Shown here piece after piece: positions 1-4,874 of a stretch of DNA of 5,061 nucleotides. The notes under the pieces are model-generated. The model made no database searches. It saw nothing but the letters and a program-made list of their open reading frames with translations, and had not been told where the DNA came from. The position numbers and the translations under genes were made by a program. Numbering within the stretch: the first letter of the stretch is position 1; each line of letters begins with the position of its first letter. The stretch spans positions 1 to 5,061 of the IMG/VR virus record IMGVR_UViG_3300013741_000048. One strand, given 5' to 3'. The DNA is from a virus. Lineage: Duplodnaviria; Heunggongvirae; Uroviricota; Caudoviricetes.

Positions 1-603
1 CAAAAGTGCCTGTAAGACAATAGGTTTTACCCTCTAACTCTATCGAAGCCCCTACATCAATAGGCAGCCTGGTCGCCAAACCATCCACCACCCCACTTTC
101 CAAGTCACATCCTGTGAAGTCTACTAATGCCTTATGTAGAGTTAAACTCTCATCTTCAGTAATAACCCCATCTTTAAGAATTTCCTTTACAAGTGCATAA
201 AGTTTTTTTCCTGGGTAGTTGTTCTTCAAAGCTCCATTTTGCTCAAGCCACCAATTAAGATATCTTATTTCTTCTTGAGTTAAGTTCCGATCAGCAATTA
301 ATCCTTTACATAGTCCATTAAGTAAATGGACATCTACATCCTTGGAGTAAAAATCAATTTCAGGGATATCAAGAATTTCCCTCTGTATTTGGAGAAGGCT
401 ATTTTTAAGGTCATCACGTTCTTCTGATGTGATTATTCCATCCGCAAGAATATCCGACACCCGTGCTGATAGACTTTTTATAACTCCATTATTGATAATC
501 TGCTTTGCTTCAAGTAACCATGTATCTAAGTAAAGAACCTCCTCTTCACGGACAACTCCATCTGCAANNNNNNNNNNTTAAAAGCGTAAAGCGCGTCTTC
601 CAT
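1..603 (-). CDS. Partial CDS (C-terminus beyond window start): hypothetical protein with four tandem TerB-like helical repeats followed by a BRCT-like motif; N-terminus interrupted by an N-run
   Basis: Hand translation of the minus strand gives an uninterrupted frame from 565 down to 2 (188 codons, no stop) in AT-rich DNA. It reads ADGVVREEEVLYLDTWL...ADGIITSEERDDL...ADRNLTQEEIRYL...KDGVITEDESLTLHKAL...IELEGKTYCLTGTF. Probable start is ATG at 601-603 (minus), 4 nt downstream of GGAGG (complement of 608-612), giving MEDALYAF before the gap at 568-577. It is absent from the ORF track because it has no Met and no stop inside the window. Domain names are from motif recognition, not a search. Confidence 0.6.
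568..577. other. Run of 10 N (assembly gap or masked bases) inside the N-terminal region of the minus-strand CDS
   Basis: Literal n characters. With exactly 10 bases the ATG at 601-603 is out of frame with the open frame below 565 (a TAA would be read at 578-580), so the true gap length is probably not 10. Confidence 0.95.
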
Positions 604-666
604 ACAACCTCCTTTTTTTGATAATCCTTGCACTCCTTGGCTACTCGTTCAAACCACATAAAGTTG

Positions 667-695
667 TTGACAATATTCAAAACCACAACTAAATT
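667..695 (+). promoter_or_regulatory. Candidate sigma70 promoter (TTGACA, 17-bp spacer, TAAATT) pointing toward the 68-aa ORF, flanked by direct repeats TTCAAA(A)CCACA at 648-658 and 676-687
   Basis: Perfect -35 hexamer TTGACA at 667-672, 17-nt spacer, TAAATT at 690-695 (4/6 match to TATAAT). Near-identical 11-12 nt direct repeats bracket the -35. Sequence-only prediction. Confidence 0.35.
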
Positions 696-786
696 ACAAC
701 TTAAAGATGTTAAAACAACGAACAGGCAGGACGCCCACGAAGTAGCCGCCTGGGGCATATGAAGTCCAGGATGATTCGTTAGCAAC

Positions 787-810
787 AAAAAAGCGCCCTA
801 CAGGACGCTT
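787..810 (-). terminator. Rho-independent terminator-like hairpin on the minus strand
   Basis: Plus strand reads AAAAAA GCGCCC TACA GGACGC TT. On the minus-strand transcript this is a GC-rich stem (one G-U wobble) with a 4-nt loop followed by a run of 6 U. On the plus strand the same stem has a C-A mismatch and no U-run. Confidence 0.5.
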
Positions 811-868
811 AGCTCTTTAACAATCTGGTCCCCATCAACAAGTAACTGATAACTTGAGGAGGTGTGAA

Positions 869-1075
869 ATGCACAAAACAGAACCAAAAATCGTCGCGCC
901 CGGATACACAAATGAGGAAATTTACGAGTGGATGGCAAAGAAGCTGGCAGCTATAAACCAGCTTCGTGAAGTGCTGTCTTATCGACAGGAAACAATAGAC
1001 TCCTTAAAAAAACTGGATCAGGAAATCACGGTTTTATCACAGGATGTTACTTTAGATATTGTGCAGACAAATTAG
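869..1075 (+). CDS. Small hypothetical protein (68 aa), predicted helical/coiled-coil
   Basis: ATG at 869 is 6 nt downstream of GAGGAGG (856-862); TAG stop at 1073-1075. The ORF track starts at the upstream in-frame TTG (854). Its 3' end overlaps the convergent 144-aa gene by 29 nt. No family recognised. Confidence 0.45.
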   Translation: MHKTEPKIVAPGYTNEEIYEWMAKKLAAINQLREVLSYRQETIDSLKKLDQEITVLSQDVTLDIVQTN

Positions 1076-1481
1076 GATCCCATTCATTTTCGTCAAAATC
1101 ATCAAAGTGATGAATTTGTGATCTCCAGTCTCGATAATCTAAAAATTTCTGGGCGGTTACGCTTATTTTATCAAGCATGAGTTCATCCTGAATTGAAAGA
1201 AGAAGTTCATCAAATTTCATCTCATTAATCTGTTTTGGCATCCAGTGATGCTTCATCAGAATAAGGTGAACCAGAGCTTTTTTCCCATTCAACTGATTAT
1301 AGGGAGTGCCGAATTTCTTCCGGTGCTCATGTAAGACAAGGTCCAGAAGAGTAAGTAATGTTGCCCTTGATTCAACTTTGCTTATTTCGACTGATGACAC
1401 TCCCCCACTGATTTCAATGCCCCGATACTTTCCAACATTTTCACAGTGGGATTTGTACAGCGTATAGATATTACCGGACAT
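1047..1481 (-). CDS. Hypothetical protein (144 aa), AT-rich, opposite orientation to the phage operon
   Basis: Complete ORF from ATG (complement of 1479-1481) to TAA (complement of 1047-1049), with a purine-rich stretch (AAAAGGAAAAG) just upstream. No family recognised from sequence. A weak R-x4-H motif (RSQIHH) near the C-terminus is HEPN-like but unconvincing. Confidence 0.6.
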   Translation of the reverse strand: MSGNIYTLYKSHCENVGKYRGIEISGGVSSVEISKVESRATLLTLLDLVLHEHRKKFGTPYNQLNGKKALVHLILMKHHWMPKQINEMKFDELLLSIQDELMLDKISVTAQKFLDYRDWRSQIHHFDDFDENEWDPNLSAQYLK

Positions 1482-1496
1482 TTCTTTTCCTTTTGC

Positions 1497-1544
1497 GTTG
1501 TTGGGGATAACCAGATTAACCGAATCCTTGTTGTTGGGGAATAA
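1497..1544. repeat. Two direct repeats GTTGTTGGGGA(A)TAA (1497-1510 and 1530-1544), 33 bp apart, immediately upstream of the 144-aa gene start
   Basis: Exact 14/15-nt match seen in sequence, with weaker similarity extending about 11 nt to the 3' side (CCAGATTAACC vs CTAGGTCCACC). The position fits operator or iteron-like sites in the promoter region of the minus-strand gene. Confidence 0.7.
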
Positions 1545-1765
1545 CTAGGTCCACCTCGCCTGATGTGGCTAAAAGCAGGCACATAACAGCTAAGTATTTT
1601 CAACCAGAGAGAATCCTTAGCGTTGTGGTGAATGCGGCTCAGCGCACGCGGGTTAAGGTTGAGGCTGACAGTCGACCTTCTGTGGATACCCACCCGCCTG
1701 GTGTGCAACCTTCGCCAGGCACCGGGAGGCACCCGGCACCACAACTTTATGCTGCGTGTAGTCTT

Positions 1766-1812
1766 GGCGGTACCAGCTTGTACCCTTGCTTCCGGCTGGT
1801 ACCGTCCTTTTT
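1766..1812 (+). terminator. Rho-independent terminator-like hairpin on the plus strand, upstream of yfdP
   Basis: Perfect 10-bp stem CGGTACCAGC (1768-1777) / GCTGGTACCG (1795-1804), extendable with G-U pairs, followed by C then TTTTT (1808-1812). There is no U-run on the opposite strand. Confidence 0.5.
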
Positions 1813-1901
1813 ACAAAACAGAGAAGAGCATCACCGGACGACGGGCTCATAACCCAATCCATCCGGGCGGCTGTCACCGCAGGTGTTCTTCTCTGTTTTG
1901 T
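1813..1901. repeat. Perfect 15-bp inverted repeat ACAAAACAGAGAAGA (1813-1827) / TCTTCTCTGTTTTGT (1887-1901) flanking a 59-bp GC-rich spacer
   Basis: Exact reverse-complement match read directly from the sequence. It starts right after the terminator U-tract and ends 48 nt before the yfdP start codon. Confidence 0.85.
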
Positions 1902-1949
1902 GGAGAAACCAACCGACCTTGCAGGGTCGATATGATGAGGAGCAGCAAA

Positions 1950-2312
1950 ATGGCTAGCGAACGCAGTACTGATGTGCAGGCATTTATCGGGGAGCTGGAC
2001 GGCGGCGTATTTGAAACCAAAATCGGCGCAGTTCTCAGTGAAGTCGCTTCCGGTGTGATGAACACGAAAACCAAAGGTAAGGTCTCACTCAACCTGGAAA
2101 TCGAACCATTTGATGAGAACCGTGTGAAAATCAAACACAAACTCTCATATGTTCGCCCGACTAACCGCGGGAAAATTTCCGAAGAAGACACCACCGAAAC
2201 GCCGATGTATGTCAATCGCGGTGGTCGTCTGACTATTCTGCAGGAAGACCAGGGACAATTACTGACTCTTGCCGGTGAACCTGACGGAAAACTCCGCGCA
2301 GCAGGTCATTAA
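1950..2312 (+). CDS. yfdP: YfdP-like prophage protein of unknown function (120 aa)
   Basis: ATG at 1950 is 7 nt downstream of AGGAG (1938-1942). The product MASERSTDVQAFIGELDGG... matches my recollection of E. coli CPS-53 YfdP in sequence and length. The longer track ORF (1632..2312) extends into the GC-rich island with a non-protein-like translation. Confidence 0.8.
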   Translation: MASERSTDVQAFIGELDGGVFETKIGAVLSEVASGVMNTKTKGKVSLNLEIEPFDENRVKIKHKLSYVRPTNRGKISEEDTTETPMYVNRGGRLTILQEDQGQLLTLAGEPDGKLRAAGH

Positions 2313-2377
2313 TATCGTTCTTAATTAACTGATTATTTATCTCATCACTGAATATCTTTATATAATGAGGACTTATT

Positions 2378-3202
2378 ATGTCTCAGAACTTAGACGCAAC
2401 CGCAATTAATCAAATCCATGCCCTTATTTCTGCTCAGGGTGTTAATGAAATTATCAGTAAGATTGGTGCCGATGCTGTGGCATTGCCTGAGAATTTCCGC
2501 ATTCATGATCTGGAAAAATTTAATTTAAATCGCTTCCGTTTCCGTGGTGCGCTTTCCACTGCCAGCATCGATGACTTTACCCGTTATTCTAAAGATCTTG
2601 CAGATGAAGGCACCCGCTGCTTTATCGATGCTGATAATATGCGTGCCGTCAGTGTGCTTAACCTGGGTACTATTGATGAACCAGGTCACGCCGATAACAC
2701 CGCCACTCTCAAACTGAAAAAGACAGCACCGTTCTCTGCTCTGTTGTCTGTTAATGGCGAGCGTAATTCCCAGAAGTCACTGGCAGAATGGATTGAAGAC
2801 TGGGCCGACTACCTTGTGGGCTTTGATGCTAATGGTGACGCTATTCAGGCAACAAAAGCGGCTGCGGCTGTCCGTAAAATCACGATTGAAGCAAACCAGA
2901 CCGCTGATTTTGAAGATAATGACTTCAGCGGCAAACGCTCCCTGATGGAGTCTGTCGAAGCGAAGACCAAAGACATTATGCCAGTGGCATTTGAATTTAA
3001 ATGCGTTCCGTTTGAAGGTCTGAAAGAACGTTCTTTTAAATTACGCCTCAGCATTATCACTGGCGATCGTCCTGTACTTGTTCTGCGCATTATTCAGCTG
3101 GAGGCTGTGCAGGAAGAAATGGCTAACGAATTTCGTGATCTGCTTGTTGAGAAATTCAAGGACAGCAAAGTAGAAACCTTTATTGGTACTTTCACCGCCT
3201 GA
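2378..3202 (+). CDS. yfdQ: YfdQ-like prophage protein (274 aa; DUF2303 family as recalled)
   Basis: Complete ORF with RBS GAGG (2367-2370) upstream of ATG 2378. Length and sequence match my recollection of CPS-53 YfdQ. Family assignment is from memory, not a search. Confidence 0.88.
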   Translation: MSQNLDATAINQIHALISAQGVNEIISKIGADAVALPENFRIHDLEKFNLNRFRFRGALSTASIDDFTRYSKDLADEGTRCFIDADNMRAVSVLNLGTIDEPGHADNTATLKLKKTAPFSALLSVNGERNSQKSLAEWIEDWADYLVGFDANGDAIQATKAAAAVRKITIEANQTADFEDNDFSGKRSLMESVEAKTKDIMPVAFEFKCVPFEGLKERSFKLRLSIITGDRPVLVLRIIQLEAVQEEMANEFRDLLVEKFKDSKVETFIGTFTA

Positions 3203-3214
3203 TTTGATTACTGC

Positions 3215-3236
3215 AAATGCCCCTGCGGGGGCATTT
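3215..3236 (+). terminator. Hairpin AAATGCCCC-TGC-GGGGGCATTT downstream of yfdQ; weak or bidirectional terminator-like element
   Basis: 9-bp inverted repeat with a GC core and 3-4 nt loop, followed by TTTAT. The U-tract is short, so termination is probably partial. Confidence 0.4.
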
Positions 3237-3329
3237 ATGGAAACGTAATTGACTCAATAATCGCCGGATGGTGAGGGCTTCCTTTTACCAGAATTCAGCG
3301 CGGTGCAGCGCATATACGTGGAGAACAAA

Positions 3330-3866
3330 ATGTCATTTATTAAAACTTTTTCCGGGAAGCATTTTTATTATGACAGGATAAATAAAGACGATATCGTGAT
3401 TAACGATATCGCAGTTTCCCTTTCAAATATCTGTCGCTTTGCCGGTCATCTTTCACACTTCTACAGCGTCGCCCAACATGCGGTGCTTTGCAGCCAGCTG
3501 GTGCCGCAGGAATTTGCTTTTGAAGCGTTAATGCATGATGCAACAGAAGCGTATTGTCAGGACATTCCCGCACCACTGAAACGCCTTCTTCCTGACTATA
3601 AACGGATGGAAGAAAAAATAGACGCCGTAATCCGTGAGAAATACGGGTTACCCCCGGTTATGAGTACACCCGTGAAATATGCCGATCTCATCATGCTGGC
3701 AACCGAACGCCGCGATCTCGGGCTTGATGATGGCTCTTTCTGGCCTGTACTGGAAGGCATCCCGGCAACAGAGATGTTCAACGTGATTCCACTGGCACCG
3801 GGCCATGCCTACGGGATGTTTATGGAACGCTTTAACGAATTATCGGAGTTACGCAAATGCGCATGA
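3330..3866 (+). CDS. yfdR: HD-domain phosphohydrolase, YfdR-like 5'-deoxynucleotidase (178 aa)
   Basis: ATG at 3330 is 6 nt downstream of GGAG (3320-3323); the track ORF starts at an upstream in-frame GTG (3303). The protein has H...HD spacing (SVAQHAV ... LMHDATEAY) typical of HD-domain metal-dependent phosphohydrolases. Length matches my recollection of E. coli YfdR. Confidence 0.85.
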   Translation: MSFIKTFSGKHFYYDRINKDDIVINDIAVSLSNICRFAGHLSHFYSVAQHAVLCSQLVPQEFAFEALMHDATEAYCQDIPAPLKRLLPDYKRMEEKIDAVIREKYGLPPVMSTPVKYADLIMLATERRDLGLDDGSFWPVLEGIPATEMFNVIPLAPGHAYGMFMERFNELSELRKCA

Positions 3867-4219
3867 ATGTTTTCGAAATGGAAGGGTTTCTTCGCGGGAA
3901 ATGTGTACCGCGAGATCTGAAAGTGAATGAAACGGATGCTGAATACCTGGTGCGTAAATTCGATGCGCTTGAAGCTAAATGTGCAGCACAGGAAAACAAA
4001 GTAATACCAGTGTCAACTGAACTGCCACCAGCAAATGAAAGTGTTCTGTTATTTGATGCTAATGGAGAAGGCTGGCTGATTGGCTGGCGTTCTCTCTGGT
4101 ACACCTGGGGACAAAAAGAAACCGGAGAATGGCAGTGGACATTTCAGGTCGGGGACCTTGAAAACGTCAATATCACTCACTGGGCAGTAATGCCAAAAGC
4201 ACCGGAGGCTGGAGCATAA
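3857..4219 (+). CDS. yfdS: YfdS-like phage protein (120 aa; DUF551 as recalled)
   Basis: ATG 3857 follows GGAG (3845-3848). An alternative ATG at 3863 forms an ATGA overlap with the yfdR stop (3864-3866). The C-terminal region (WQWTF...ITHWAVMPKAPE) resembles DUF551 phage proteins. Confidence 0.8.
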   Translation: MRMNVFEMEGFLRGKCVPRDLKVNETDAEYLVRKFDALEAKCAAQENKVIPVSTELPPANESVLLFDANGEGWLIGWRSLWYTWGQKETGEWQWTFQVGDLENVNITHWAVMPKAPEAGA

Positions 4220-4524
4220 TGACCACTTTTACCGACAAAGAACTGATTAAAGAAATTAAAGAGCGTATCAGCAGCCTTGACGTGCGAGACGATATTGAGC
4301 GCCGTGCTTATGAAATCGCACTCGTATCTCTGGAAGTAGAGCCAGATGAACGCGAAGCCTATGAATTATTCATGGAAAAGCGTTTCGGTGACTTAGTAGA
4401 TCGTCGGAGAGCAAAAAACGGCGATAACGAATACATGGCATGGGATATGACTCTCGGTTGGATCGTCTGGCAGCAACGAGCTGGTATCCATTTCTCAACA
4501 ATGTCACAGCAAGAGGTGAAATAA
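4219..4524 (+). CDS. yfdT: YfdT-like small phage early protein (101 aa), function unknown
   Basis: TAATG overlap with the yfdS stop (4217-4219 / 4219-4221), GGAG at 4211-4214. Length and sequence match my recollection of CPS-53 YfdT. Confidence 0.78.
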   Translation: MTTFTDKELIKEIKERISSLDVRDDIERRAYEIALVSLEVEPDEREAYELFMEKRFGDLVDRRRAKNGDNEYMAWDMTLGWIVWQQRAGIHFSTMSQQEVK

Positions 4525-4874
4525 TGGAGCCATACAGCCTCACACTCGATGAGGCCTGTCAGTTTCTTAAGATATCCAGACCAACCGCCACCAACTGGAT
4601 ACGAACAGGCCGCCTACAGGCAACACGTAAAGATCCAACCAAGCCAAAATCTCCTTACCTCACAACACGGCAAGCCTGCATTGCGGCGCTTCAGTCTCCG
4701 CTGCATACTGTCCAGGTGAGCGCGGGTGATGGCATAACAGAGGAAAGAAAATGTCACTCTTCCGCAGAGGTGAAATATGGTACGCCAGTTTCACATTGCC
4801 GAACGGTAAAAGATTTAAACAGTCTCTTGGAACAAAGGACAAAAGGCAGGCGACAGAACTCCATGACAAGCTAA
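4524..4874 (+). CDS. xis: Excisionase, P22-type Xis (116 aa)
   Basis: ATG 4524 is 7 nt downstream of GAGG (4513-4516) and overlaps the yfdT stop (TAATG). The N-terminus [26 protein letters not shown] is a typical excisionase/AlpA-type winged-helix motif. Its 3' end overlaps the integrase start. The track ORF (4440..4874) is an in-frame upstream extension overlapping yfdT and is not preferred. Confidence 0.85.
   Translation: MEPYSLTLDEACQFLKISRPTATNWIRTGRLQATRKDPTKPKSPYLTTRQACIAALQSPLHTVQVSAGDGITEERKCHSSAEVKYGTPVSHCRTVKDLNSLLEQRTKGRRQNSMTS

Larger units (their letters stand above)
1561..1930 (+). other. GC-rich, ORF-poor structured non-coding island (candidate ncRNA or cis-regulatory leader) between the AT-rich module and yfdP
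   Basis: Hand counts on sampled 60-nt lines: 1681-1740 is 42/60 GC, 1621-1680 is 37/60 and 1741-1800 is 31/60, against 25/60 and 20/60 at 1-60 and 121-180. Overlapping track ORFs on both strands have Arg/Pro/Gly-rich, non-protein-like translations. Hairpins: 1696-1701/1715-1720 (GCCTGG/CCAGGC), 1722-1726/1732-1736 (CCGGG/CCCGG), terminator-like 1766-1812, 15-bp inverted repeat 1813-1827/1887-1901, and 1914-1918/1925-1929 (CGACC/GGTCG). Confidence 0.4.

Noticed and set aside
546-788. Track ORF (minus, 80 aa) spanning the N-run
   Set aside because: Its translation contains X residues from the gap, is out of frame with the long open frame below 565, and extends into the intergenic promoter region. 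It looks like an artefact of the N-run.
1497-1560. Type III toxin-antitoxin antitoxin repeat array upstream of the 144-aa gene
   Set aside because: Only two repeat copies, no terminator between repeats and the gene, and the protein shows no resemblance I can recognise to ToxN/AbiQ-type toxins. Kept only as a low-probability alternative under the direct-repeat finding.
1382-1877. Track ORFs inside the GC-rich island (1382..1744 minus, 1565..1852 plus, 1653..1877 minus)
   Set aside because: Translations are Arg/Pro/Gly/Ser-rich with no protein-like pattern, overlap each other on both strands, and lack convincing RBS. High GC lowers stop-codon frequency and produces spurious ORFs.
1561-1950. 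Retron msr/msd non-coding element (suggested by the long inverted repeat and structured GC-rich RNA)
   Set aside because: No reverse transcriptase gene on either side; the downstream genes are small yfdP/yfdQ-like proteins.
1874-2215. Minus-strand ORF (113 aa) antisense to yfdP
   Set aside because: Entirely antisense to a well-supported gene, with a low-complexity Ser/Leu-rich translation and no RBS.
1632-2312. Long 226-aa version of the yfdP ORF starting at 1632
   Set aside because: The N-terminal 106 codons lie in the GC-rich island with a non-protein-like translation. The ATG at 1950 has a good AGGAG RBS and gives the expected 120-aa product.
2359-2366. Perfect TATAAT (2361-2366) in the yfdP-yfdQ intergenic region as a promoter -10
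   Set aside because: It sits only 11 nt upstream of the yfdQ ATG and directly abuts the RBS, so a transcript from it would lack the RBS. No good -35 at 16-18 bp. Probably AT-rich spacer by chance.
2754-3090. Track ORFs 2754..2945 (plus) and 2845..3090 (minus) within yfdQ
   Set aside because: Alternative-frame or antisense ORFs inside a confidently called gene, with no independent support.
3596-4104. Minus-strand ORFs 3596..3781 and 3832..4104 antisense to yfdR and yfdS
   Set aside because: Antisense to coupled operon genes; Ser/Arg-rich translations typical of antisense frames.
4440-4523. Upstream in-frame extension of xis starting at 4440
   Set aside because: It would overlap yfdT by 84 nt. 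The ATG at 4524 has a well-spaced GAGG RBS, forms a TAATG coupling with the yfdT stop and gives the 116-aa size I recall for P22 Xis.
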